64,000 nucleotides of DNA from positions 79,608,001-79,672,000 of the forward strand of contig NC_043008.1 in the NCBI RefSeq assembly GCF_006345805.1, in the 5' to 3' direction. Made by a program: the position numbers and the translations under genes. How positions within the stretch are numbered: position 1 is the first letter of the stretch; every line of letters starts with the position of its first letter. The DNA comes from Octopus sinensis (lineage: Eukaryota). The notes beneath the pieces were generated by a model. It saw nothing but the letters and a program-made list of their open reading frames with translations, did no database searches and was not told the origin of the DNA. Shown in pieces: positions 53,250 to 64,000 of the stretch.

Positions 53250-54000
53250 ATTACATTAAATTAGAGATAAAACCACTATTAGGCAAATCATACAATGAAA
53301 AACTCAAGCCACATAAGATTAATTAATATATATTATTTTTAAAATATATATCAAAATTATTAAAAAAAGATAATTAGTATAACACTACGATCGTTTCATG
53401 GCTGTCCAATTCTTAAAATTTCGGGTTAGTCATTCGTCAGGTGATTTAAATATCGGACTCTATATTCAATAATCATTAAATATTTATTAAAAATATATTT
53501 AGTAATAAAATGAACAACCATCTAACTATAATTAAAAACAGAACCTAAATAACTAAAATAAACTAATATAATAAGTACTACAAATCACCTGGTATATTTA
53601 TAATACTATTACATAAAACAACAAATAGGGAGCTAATTAAGGCTTAAGAAATAATCATTATTTATCAAGAAAATTATATAAGTAAAGTAACTTGTGTCTG
53701 CATTTTATTTTGCACTCATCACAGGTATTCAGTAAATTATCATGCTTATAAAATAAAATTTCCTTTAACTCATTAGAACATAACAAAAATTCGCTCCTAT
53801 ACTATATGATTTAGTTTTACTAATTATTTCCCAAGATAAATTATAATTAATATTTTGGGATTTAAGTCCGCAAATGTACTTGCTAAAGACAATGGAGTTA
53901 ATTTTTTAAATGAATTCATGTTGTGCGATCCTTAATTTTATTTTACAGTTTTTCATTGTATGATTTGCCTAATAGTGGTTTTATCTCTAATTTAATATAA
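53250..54000 (-). mobile_element. Truncated Penelope-like element 3' end with approximately 55-bp inverted termini and hammerhead
   Basis: Inverted repeat taaattagagataaaaccactattaggcaaatcatacaatgaaaaact / agtttttcattgtatgatttgcctaatagtggttttatctctaattta; decayed C-terminus LSKYICGLKSQNINYNLSW...LLNT...KCRHK at about 53690-53900. Confidence 0.7.
53380..53446 (-). ncRNA. Type I hammerhead ribozyme candidate, GUA cleavage triplet, palindromic stem III loop
   Basis: AATCAC CTGACGA ATGACT ... AGCCAT GAAAC GATC GTA GTGTT. Confidence 0.65.
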
Positions 54001-54080
54001 TATATTTTACTATAAAATTGGATTCAATCCTAAATCTGATTTTTCCCTAAGTTTGGATTTATTCCCTAATATTTTATTTT

Positions 54081-54130
<50 letters not shown>

Positions 54131-54144
54131 CACACACACACACG

Positions 54145-54410
54145 CATTCTCTTATTCATTTCAGTCTGACTGCAGCCATGCCGGAGCACTTAGCCGAACA
54201 AATCTACCCCAGGACTTATTCTTTGTAAGCCTGTACTTATTCTAGTCTCTTGCCAAGCAATGGGCTTCTTTCTGTTTTCATCTACCAAATCCACTCAAGG
54301 TTTTCGTCAGCCCGAGGGGACAGAAGACACCTGCCCAAGGTGCCACACAGCAGGACTGAACAGAACCATGTGGTTGAGTAGCCATCTTACCACACAGCTA
54401 CTCCTGCACC
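54145..54410 (-). mobile_element. Diverged tRNA-derived SINE (family of 36005-36405)
   Basis: Shared cttaccacacagc.actcctgc.cc end and ctaccaaatccactca block. Confidence 0.7.
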
Positions 54411-54599
54411 TATATAATTTATGTTTAATTTATACATGGACAGTGTTGTGAAAGGGGAATGGTGGGAGAAAATGGAGAGTGCGTTTTTTTCTTGCTAATG
54501 ATACAGCACTGGTGGCAGATTTTGGATATGAGTGCGCGAGGAGGAAACTGAACTTGAATGTAGCTAAGAATAAGGTGATGCTAGAGATGGAATAGCTGG

Positions 54600-55100
54600 T
54601 TAAGATGGATGTGAGGATCACATGACAGCTGATGAGGGGGGGGTCAACTGAGGAAATGGGATACAGAGTGAGATAGGGGAATAAGATATTCGCAGTTGTG
54701 TAAAGTGTGCCAAGAGATAAAAGGTTGAGTATGAAAACGAAAAGGTGTATGAGGGCATGGTTGTGCTGACCATGTTATATAGTGCAGACTGGGGGCTGAG
54801 AGGTGGGAAGATGACTAGTGGTCGAGATGAGATTTTTGAGGGCTATGGTTGGTGTTACACAAATGGACAGAATGAGGAGCTGCAAAGGTGAGAATGAGAG
54901 ATCTAACAACCAAAATGGATAGATGAATGTTGAGGTGGTTTGGCCACATGGAGAGGATGGATGATGAAGGCAGAAGTGGTAGGAAGCAGAACCAGATCTC
55001 AGTTTGTGTGGATGGATGGAGTGAGGAAAGCTTTGGTGGTTGGAGATGTTAGAGTGAGATTATAAATGATGGAAAAGCTTGGAGAGTGTTTGCAGCCAAA
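54600..55100 (+). mobile_element. Old RTE-like LINE C-terminal remnant
   Basis: YEGMVVLTMLYS, EMRFLRAMVGVTQMDRMR and LRWFGHMERMDD motifs. Confidence 0.6.
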
Positions 55101-55313
55101 TAAGTGAATTTGATGTTGCTCAAATGGGTACAGAACCAGCATATGCTATCGGGCCCTGCTGCTGATAATGGGGCTCACCTCTGATCTGAGAAATGAATAG
55201 AATGCCTGGTGTTTGTCTTGTGGCTACCCCCTCCTGAAAAAGCAAATGGGGAATAAGCCTGGGTATGTGTATAAATATATATGGATACGTGTATGTACAT
55301 ATACGCACACACA

Positions 55314-55529
55314 CAGGGTTGGACAGAAGTCACCCAACAACAAATCAAAATTCCATAAATAATATTCAATTGTATTCATTCTAATTATGAATGTTTAATA
55401 ATTGAATACCAGTTAAAATCAGCCTTTTTTTCTTTTTCAACATGTCTATAAGCGAAATTGCCTTAAATAATTTTGAAATTGGAATTAAACTGGTTTGATT
55501 TACTGTCAGGTGACTTTTGGCCAACCCGG
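55314..55529. mobile_element. Tc1/mariner-type MITE (216 bp)
   Basis: TIRs CAGGGTTGGACAGAAGTCACC / GGTGACTTTTGGCCAACCCGG, followed by TA. Confidence 0.7.
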
Positions 55530-55550
55530 TATATACATACAGTTGATTAA

Positions 55551-56646
55551 CCCTTTCGTTACTATATTTCCGACCAAAATACACCCCTGAGGAGTTTCAA
55601 TTAAATTCTAAAATAATCATGAATTTAGACTAGTTTCATTAAACTGTAACCTTTTTACTTAACATGTGATATTGGGAACATAATTAAAGAAAGGGTTTTT
55701 AATTCTAACGCATAACTTTTGTCTCGAAGTGACTTTAATTACAGGTAAACATTAAAATTTTGTTTAAACATCACCATAGAAAATTAATCATCAATTGGGT
55801 ATGCAACAAAATTTTGATATAGAAGAATTGTGCACATCACTAGATCAGTTGAATTTAATGCACAACAGAACAGGTGTACCATAAAGGTAAAATAAACTGA
55901 AATACTGGAATCCACAAGTTTGACCGAACTAAATAAATCGGTCAAAAAATAATATACGGCCCTGGTTATGGTATGGAAGTGATAAATTCCAGACCAAATC
56001 GTACCCTAGGCCATGCTGTATAAAAAGTAAATCCACAGCAGTACCCAGCTTCACAAATTTTCCTAACTTCAATCCCCCATTTTGTGTTTGTTTACATTCT
56101 GCATAAGTTTGTTTCCGCAGTGATCATTTCAAACAAGCATACTGAAGAAAAAAGTCTAATGGGTTTGCTTCCTAAGAAAGACTATAGATAATCTCAGAAA
56201 AATTGCTAATAAAGACATTTTTTAAAGTTTTTACTTCATTCCAATGTAAAATTGTTTTTGCTGTCACTATCGCCGCTTTCATTTTTGGATACAGAAATAT
56301 CCTATTCATTATTGTACACCACATGCTTTTGTACCTCATTCTTTTTCTCGATATCTCCATATTTTCCGTTGAAGAAGCTTTAAATTCGGAATCAATGGTT
56401 AACATGAAACTCCTATCCATTTTCAAAGTTGACGAAAAATCGATGCCGAAAAAAATCTCCCAAAATTCACTGAGTTCAGATATCACGTCAAGAAATATCA
56501 GATACTTTAAACTATTTACAAAGTGAAATCACGTATTTTCACAAATGTACTCATGAGATTTGTGCTTAAATTCACATTTAAATAATAATGGGGCCCCTCA
56601 GCCGGGTTGGTCCTATGAACCAAAAACTTTTTCGGCCAAGTAAAGG
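55551..56646. mobile_element. Possible non-autonomous piggyBac-like element
   Basis: TTAA|CCCTTT start and AAAGG|TTAA end; the TIR match is weak beyond the terminal bases. Confidence 0.45.
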
Positions 56647-56836
56647 TTAAAGAAATTTCTGTCCTTGAAATTTTATAATATTCTATATAATATATTCATT
56701 GAATAATTATCTCAATTTTTAATATATTAAACCAGTATATCATGGATGAATATCCCTATAAGAAGTTTAAATATCCTCATTGACTAATTTTTTATATAAT
56801 ATATACATACATATATACACATATATTTATATATAC

Positions 56837-57114
56837 ACGATGAAAAGTGAGTTTTTAAAAAATCTTAAAAGCTTGTGTTAATATTTTAATCACATTTTGT
56901 ATTTAATTGGAAAGGAGTTGGACTGTTTATATGATGTGTATGTGTCTAGCATATGTTCGTGTGTGTGTGTATATATATACACACACACGAACATATGCTA
57001 GACACAGACATACACATCATATAAACAGTCCAACTCCTTTCCAATTAAATACAAAATGTGATTAAAATATTAACACAAGCTTTTAAGATTTTTTTAAAAC
57101 TCACTTTTCATCGT
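56837..57114. repeat. Near-perfect 278-bp palindrome centred on (GT)n(AT)n(AC)n
   Basis: acgatgaaaagtgagttt...catatgttcgtgtgtg / cacacacgaacatatg...aaactcacttttcatcgt; the arms differ only by a 4-bp indel and about one mismatch. Confidence 0.93.
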
Positions 57115-58018
57115 AAATAAAATGTGACATGTGGGATAAGGGAACTGTGTGATCAAAGCTTTATATAATTTCTCGAGTTTTATTTAAAACTACCAGTGTT
57201 TATTAAAATCTATTGTAGTATTGCTACCACCCAATCCAGAGATTGAATTTTAGCGAAAAAATGAAAACCCTACTTCAGGAGCATTGATACCAACACCTGG
57301 TCAAAGCAAATCTAAAGGAATGTTTCCACTAGCACATTGTACTGTACCAATCCTTCAATTTATTTAACATCCATTACAGGTTTCCAACAAGCCTATCATT
57401 TGTCAACTGACTCTCCAATAGTGACAAGTTTCACAACTTGGTCCAAATAATACAAAGTATTTGGTTGACTACACAGGTTTGTTAGCAATTTTCAATATAC
57501 ACAAAACAGACATGGAAATCTGTCTTCCAAATTTCACTCAAAGTATTAGGTATTCTGAGGCTATAGAAGAATTTGTCAAAGCTGCATGACAGAACTGACC
57601 CTAAATTACAGCTACAAAGTTAATTTAATCACAGCCACATTTGTACCAGCCTTATTTTAGTATTCTCCCAAAAACTAAGGTTATTTTGGTCACAAGAACA
57701 TGGTGAATAAGCAACATCAGCTTTGGATTTACTATTACTTTCAAACCAGCCCCTGAATATTAAGTAACTATTTAAGATATAGGTATTTTGCATGTTCAGC
57801 TATCTCATTACGCTTATTTCATTATACTAACTTGAAAATGCTATTAGAAATTTTAACAAGTGGGAACCACAAAATTTACAAATTTGTCAACAGTAGAATA
57901 AAACTTGTATAATTCAATATTACTAAACATTTTAGTATTTCATAATTAGGCAATTTACAATTCTTAACTAAATTTCACATTTAGTAAACATCAACTAAAA
58001 ACAGACCATTATAATTCT

Positions 58019-58024
58019 TTTATT
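58019..58024 (-). promoter_or_regulatory. Candidate polyadenylation signal (AATAAA) of the Y-box gene
   Basis: AATAAA on the minus strand about 1.4 kb past the stop codon, followed by T-rich sequence. Another AATAAA lies near 59117-59122. Confidence 0.4.
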
Positions 58025-59440
58025 TACAAAATATCAAAGCCTCTCATATGAAGCTGCTGGTTCACCAGTTCAGCTTAAAAGAAATGTAGATTTTTCTTAA
58101 AAGACTGATCAAGTTCCCGTCTGAGAAAGCAGTTCACAACTTCAAGTATTCTCATAACCTGACTGGGCCATAGAGGATAACAAGGCAATCATGACAAAAC
58201 AAGTCCAACAAATATAGCAATCATGCAAACTGTAAAACAGTCTTGAAGACATTTCCAGAATAATTTAGCTCTGCAGTCAAACCAGTTCCATTGGTCAACT
58301 GTCAAAGATCAGATCCATTAGAATCCTAAGACAACAGATCACAAAGGAGAAAAAATAGAGCTAAGTTCAAAATAAATTGATTCAACAAACTAAATCTTAT
58401 AGACTTAAAAAGCAAGGTATAAAACTGCACTCCTTAATTCTTGATAATTTTCCTCAAAAGTTTCATGTAAAACAAAATTTGCTAAGGATTAATTTTCAGA
58501 CAATGCTTTAAAACCTTAATATTTCAACACTTAAATAGGTGTTTTAAAGATGATTGATGAAAGTTGAAATTGGAAAATTGAAAAATATAATTTGAGAAAG
58601 ATTAAGTTAAAATTTACATTTAGTGAGAAAAATAGATTTTAAAAAATTTGGTTTACTTTAGATGGGAAGGGGGAGTAAAAATAATGGTGGTGAGATTTTC
58701 TTTCAAAAAGGAAAAACTCTACAAGTTCTTATCTGTCAATGAGCAAGAGTCCTATAGCTATAGACATCAAGCCTGCTATGAGCAACATTTGGTTTCTATG
58801 TCTCACATTTGAAACAACAAGCATTTGGCACAGAGCAGCAATGCTGATTTAAAAGCTTGTTGAAAGAAATGTTTATGCCTAACCAAAAAATTAAACATTA
58901 AAAAAAAAAAAATTTTGCAGTTAAAATAAACACTAATTTAACAAATTATATCTAAATTTTACAAATGAGCAGACTAAAATTAATTCCTATTTACTTGAAC
59001 ATTAAATTTGATTCGAGACAATGGTTAATTTAGATATCTAGAAAAGACAATTAGAGAAACCAGAAACTTGGTTGTATTTCAGAAACAAACACAAGCTATG
59101 TTGCTCAAGATGGATCTTTATTTCATAACGTAGCCTTACATCTCCCTGATAAAGTTGAACAGACTTTAAGGGCAGGGGCTATTAAAAGACAGGTGTTGGA
59201 GAATAAAGCAGGCAGCCCTCAGACAAAAATGTCCGCCAACCCAGTCAACTTGATGTTGAACAATGGGAGTTATCTGGATGGTCTTTCCTACAAGAAAAAA
59301 AAAGCTGGTTGACATGACATTCATTCAACTTTATAAAAGGGAAATGGAGCATTTTACTAAATTAAAGTGATCTTACTAACACTGGAATCTTTCTTCCATT
59401 TTACTGTAGCTACGCAAGCTGTACTAAAAAAGTCACATGT

Positions 59441-60013
59441 CTAGGCAGCAGCCTGAGAGGCAGCTGGAGTTACCTCTGCACTTGAAGAGGGAGGCCCAGA
59501 CATGCTGTCTTCAGATTTGTTAGGAGGAACACTGTCTTCTGCCTTCTGGTTACCACTTTCATTAATTCCTGGTTCACCTTCAGACAGCTCCCTCTGACCT
59601 GAACGTCCTCCCCGGGAACTCCATCTACCTCGCCTAAAGCTGCCACCACCTCTGGTACGTCTGGGTCGTCTCCGGAAAGCTTGGGGAACAGATTGGCCAC
59701 TATCATCTTCATGTTCATTATCCCTTGGAGGGCCACCATGGGGATAGCGATGCATGGGAGGACGATAGTATCTACGGAAGAAGGGACGTCGCCGACGGAA
59801 AGGGGGAGGGCCATGCATCCTTGAATCTCCTTCACCAGCTGATCCATGCTCATCCTGAGGAACACTTCTAGACGGCATACCTCGTCTTGGCCCACGGAAG
59901 AAACGCTTTCTTCTCCAGTATGGCCTGCGCCTGGTTGGAGGCCTGTTCCTTTCTTCACTACCGCCACCATCTCCACTTTCACCTTCAACTTCTTCTTTAG
60001 CTTCCTCACCCTC
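59441..60013 (-). CDS. YBX1: Y-box protein last coding exon: alternating acidic and Arg/aromatic C-terminal islands, TAG stop
   Basis: ttttcttgtag|GAGGGTGAG translates EGEEAKEEVEGESGDGGGSEERNRPPTRRRPYWRRKRFFRGPRRG and continues in frame into ORF 59441..59878 (MPSRSV...SQAAA*). Confidence 0.92.
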   Translation of the reverse strand, partial: EGEEAKEEVEGESGDGGGSEERNRPPTRRRPYWRRKRFFRGPRRGMPSRSVPQDEHGSAGEGDSRMHGPPPFRRRRPFFRRYYRPPMHRYPHGGPPRDNEHEDDSGQSVPQAFRRRPRRTRGGGSFRRGRWSSRGGRSGQRELSEGEPGINESGNQKAEDSVPPNKSEDSMSGPPSSSAEVTPAASQAAA

Positions 60014-60156
60014 CTACAAGAAAAAGAATTCAACTATAATTACATAAGTTAAACATTTTACTGCATTGTCATTAAAAATTCACAAGAATTCAAAGCCTCT
60101 TAAATGCTACACCATTAATTTTAAACATTTAACAAAAAAAAAAAAAAAACACTTGC

Positions 60157-60288
60157 CTTCACTTCCCTGGCAGCACCTCGCCTTCTCCTGTTCCACCATC
60201 CCCGTCGAAATCTGCGTCGATCAGCAGCATATTTGCTGCCTTGCACATGATTTCCACCAGGTCCAGTGACATTGGCAGCTTCATTTCC
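60157..60288 (-). CDS. YBX1: Y-box protein coding exon (132 bp): CSD end and first Arg-rich island
   Basis: ttgtag|GGAAAT... translates [44 protein letters not shown]; ends at AAG|gcaagt (GC donor). An in-frame GT donor lies 6 nt upstream. Confidence 0.88.
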
Positions 60289-60378
60289 CTACAATAAAGC
60301 AACTTGATTTAGATCTTTGAACAGCCGCGGAAGTATGAAGTTATTGGTTAATAAAAATATTCAAATTATACAGCTTAC

Positions 60379-60468
60379 TTTTTCTCCTTCGACGACATCA
60401 AACTCGACTTTCTCACCATCCCCAACGCTCCTCAGATATTTACGAGGATTGTTCTTTATTATTGCTGT
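60379..60468 (-). CDS. YBX1: Y-box protein coding exon (90 bp)
   Basis: ttttacag|...|gtaag boundaries; translates [30 protein letters not shown]. Confidence 0.95.
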
Positions 60469-61634
60469 CTGTAAAAGGACAAAAAGTTACCTTGTTAAAT
60501 TCGAGTATATTTGCTAGTTACAGGCTACTTGGAAATAATCGTAGCAAGCTTTAAAGTTAGTCAGACTAAAGTCAGCTTCTAATCTGTACTTTTCTATCGT
60601 GACTTAATACATGACAATTAGCTTTCAAAAGCAGCAGGAAATTAAAAATCTAAGACATTTTGAAATCGTTCAACATAAGCATATTACACAGTGTATAGTA
60701 AAAACTTTAAATGAAAATTATTGTAATGCGTTGTGCAAAAAAAAAAACATCTAAAAGAATAAGCTGACCTGAAGATGCAACCACAATTGTTTAAATGAAC
60801 TTTCACAAGTTACACTACGGAAGCAAATTATAGTATTTTCAAACTGACAAAATGCATTGTCACTTAAGTGAGAGAAAAGCAGAAGCGATCTGCCGGACCT
60901 ATTAATTACTGTTGGAAGAAAGGTGAGTGTGTGTAAAGGGGGTCCTTCCAGATGGGTTCCAATATAATTTACATTAGAGTACAGCATTCTAAAATATCTT
61001 GACCAACTATATTGTCATTTTCATGCTATAAATTAATATGAAAAAGTCGGCTAAGAAAATTATAGGCAAATGATATCTAAAACTGTCTAAAAATGAATGT
61101 CCTCAATTTCAAAATTTACGAAACCAAAAGTACTTCTATTCTATACTTCATTTATTTCATAATCTCATTATTAAAAACATTAGAAAAACTTCAATTTTCG
61201 ATGAGTATTAACATTCTACATAGCTGTACGACTTACTACAAATAACCAAATCTCCGTAATCACACGGTCTTTAAAAGAAGACATGGGATAAATATGCCGG
61301 CTGAAAAAAAATGACGGGAATGATCGCTCCTGATTACCCATAAATCTGTTTCAAAATACAAATCCCAGCGTTACGGAAAAAACTTGTACACAAGTTATTA
61401 ACTATATTTCAGTTGACATGTTTTGAGGTGTCAAACTGTTGAATTTATACCAACAAAGCATTTTAAAAGGAAATTTTTTTTTTAATAAAAAATTAAGCAC
61501 TATCAATTTGTTTTTGTTTGCAATAAATTTTCCATAGTTTGCATAAAACATTCATGAAAATTAAAAAATTTACGAAATATTTCAAAATTAAAACGTTTCA
61601 GAACACCGCGACCCCACAAATAGTTCAAACTCAC

Positions 61635-61668
61635 CTGATGTACAAAAACATCCTCCTTCGTATCTTCC
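61635..61668 (-). CDS. YBX1: Y-box protein coding exon (34 bp) with RNP2 motif
   Basis: tttgcag|G GAA GAT ACG AAG GAG GAT GTT TTT GTA CAT CAG|gtgagt translates (R)EDTKEDVFVHQ; phase matches the previous exon. Confidence 0.95.
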
Positions 61669-63553
61669 CTGCAAACATAAAAAGCAAATTTTAATTCTTG
61701 CGATGGTATTATGATCACATACAATTTATCGAGTGCTTAACAACGACAATTTAATATACCTATATTGCAAATAGTGAAGGGATTCATTTAGAGCTGAAAA
61801 AAAGACTACCACTAACTAGTCGTCAACCATTTAGCGACATACACTGCCAGTACAACTCGGGAACAGACATCTAACTAAATCTCACTTGTTGACCTAGATA
61901 CCAGTTTTCTTCCAGTAAGAGCTAACCTTGACGAAAATTCTGCAAACTTAGGATCTCAAAGATAGAGTAACACGGAGTGATAAATCTAAGGATAAATTTA
62001 GAAATAAATTAGATGTGCTTTAAATTTAGACTATTTATAGGTGATATTGAGGACAATGTGAGACATCAGTAGTAATGTAGGTTAATTCACAGCCACTACA
62101 ATTAAGAAGTGTAACTACAAAAAAAAAATAAATAAAAACTAGTATAAAGCAAGTGTTAACTGCATCACTATTATCGATATCTTTTGAAAAAAGTAAGATG
62201 ACGTCGAAAGCCACGAGAAGTACAATGGCCGTCAGAGTGAGCCAGAGTTCCGTTAGTGGCAGACATTAAATACGGGCAGTTAACACATTTCAAAATAGAC
62301 TTCCTAATGTAATATATATTAAAAAATGTGCAAAATATATAAAAGGGGAGGGGGGCTTCAGGAAAATACCTCCAAATAAGGAGGCTAACGATAGATGGGA
62401 GTACTCCACATTCAATCTGAACTACATAAAACTGATTTGTGCGTCATCAGACTGAAGAAAGTTAAAAACGAATATTTATCAAAATTACAACGCAGTAGAA
62501 ATTATGAAAAGCTAAATATTTCAAAGATTGATTTTAATGCTACATTTCAAGCAGAGTGACTCCCATTTAATTTGAAAAATTACAAAAATTTTCCTAAATA
62601 TGCAGTTAAAAGGGTAACGGTACGGTTGTTTGAACGATTGCAGAGACGCCATACCAAAAGATTTAAATTACAAAATTTAAAACAAATTCCTTAAATCATG
62701 TGTTACAAAATATTCAAATTTTTATATTAACCAGAGTTACAAAGAGAAAAAGTAAATCAAGAACGATAGGGAATCAGTAGACTTTGTAAGGAGTACGAAT
62801 TAAGAGAACACCAAAAAAGGTAGTAGTAGCCTGATATATTGAAGAGACCACGTGTTTGTAACTAAAATACTATGAGCGAACTACATCGATGATTCTAGTT
62901 GATAGTAGTGGGATAAGAAGTATGGACAAACCCGAAAAAGCACAGGCAGTCCTCCACCTACTTAAAGGGTTGAAAGAGTCAAGGCAAACCAGGTGAAACC
63001 AATAGAAAACGAAAATGCTTCTAAAAAAATTTAAGAGATTCTTTTTTATTAATCTGCCACGTGTCAATAAAACAATCTATCTAGGTAGAAAACTAATGTA
63101 ACAAAAATATGTCGATTCCACATGAAGGTGTAGAGCAAAAAAAAATTACAGTCAAATAAATTCACAGCAAGTGAATATAAAAGGCAGCCACATTGCTGAA
63201 GCCCACAAGCCACAACTAAAAATAAAGGACTTCGTTGAAAAATATGTCTGCTACAGGTATAAATCGATTTCTATTAACATCTATATTTCCCAACAAAACA
63301 ATCAGCTCAATATACGATCCAAAAGCACTCCTACACACCGACGCTTCGACTTTTACGTCAGCCAAGATTCCAGTTATTTTACCTAATCGCAAACTAAAAG
63401 CAGACATTCCACAGTGGAATGGCGTGAACCTGCATGATGTAGGGGAGGGGTAACAAAATACCACACATTCTACACTTTAAGATTATTGCTGGAACCGAGC
63501 CTTACAGACATTTTTTCCTTTCACACAGAAGCGATAGTATTTTATTTACTAAC

Positions 63554-63617
63554 CGGTTAATAAAGCCATATCCACTTTTTACGTTAAACCATTTAACCGT
63601 GCCGGATACTTTGGAAG
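63554..63617 (-). CDS. YBX1: Y-box binding protein (cold-shock domain), coding exon encoding CSD start and RNP1 (64 bp); upstream exon(s) lie beyond the window
   Basis: Reverse complement reads tttttcag|CTTCCAAAGTATCC...ATTAACCG|gttagt and translates (A)SKVSGTVKWFNVKSGYGFIN(R), the canonical Y-box CSD. The symbol denotes family homology, not proven orthology. Confidence 0.95.
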
Positions 63618-64000
63618 CTGAAAAAGAAACAAAACGAAAACTAGAGATTGTTCAGAATATGTACAAAACACACTTCATTTTTTTTTTTTTTTTTTTAAGT
63701 GGGCATTTGTTTTTGTTTAAAACGGGGTTCGAAAGGTTTCCATGTGCGTATAAATATGCGTGTATATTATATGTATGCATCTAAAAGATATATATAATCG
63801 TGTAATCACATTAGTGAAGTGGGGAAGGCACGAACATTCCTTTTCGTTCGTTCTGTTTATATCCGAAAAGGGGGGAAAGATAACGAAAGAGTGGTACCTT
63901 TAGAGTTCACTTTAAAAATTATTCAAGCACTAAAAGTTCGAAACAGAGCGTCTACATTAAGACATTTCTTATGATACGATAAGGTAAATCGTATCAGAAA

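Noticed and set aside
59470-60033. 187-aa minus-strand ORF overlapping the last Y-box coding exon
   Set aside because: It is an alternative-frame shadow starting in the intron; the spliced Y-box frame explains the sequence.
61927-61939. Possible 13-nt frameshifting micro-exon (gtttgcag|AATTTTCGTCAAG|gttagc) in a Y-box intron
   Set aside because: The pyrimidine tract is weak and such matches are expected by chance; junction reads would be needed.
62357-62450. Possible intronic C/D-box snoRNA (TGATGA...CTGA, minus strand)
   Set aside because: Box C lacks the leading purine, and no convincing terminal stem or guide sequence could be identified by eye.

Overview
Repeat-dense animal genomic DNA. 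The SINE and LINE families and the long (TA)n/(CA)n tracts point to an octopus or other coleoid cephalopod, which is an inference from repeat content. Bases 1 to about 57,000 are a patchwork of decayed mobile elements, often separated by TA microsatellites: RTE, CR1-like and HERO-like LINEs, Penelope-like elements (PLEs), Tc1/mariner, Helitrons, MITEs and tRNA-derived SINEs. There is a 100-N gap at 32227-32326. The only host gene is a minus-strand Y-box (cold-shock domain) protein gene at about 58,000-63,617, with five coding exons resolved and its first exon beyond the window. Main observations: (1) several type I hammerhead-ribozyme motifs from at least three PLE-type families, one pair showing a compensatory base-pair change; (2) a 711-bp long-TIR element carrying telomere-like TTAGGG repeats; (3) foldback palindromes centred on TA tracts; (4) a PHD-like finger inside an RTE ORF; (5) a GC-AG intron and a candidate 3'-UTR intron in the Y-box gene. 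Most ORFs in the supplied track are microsatellite or antisense artefacts.
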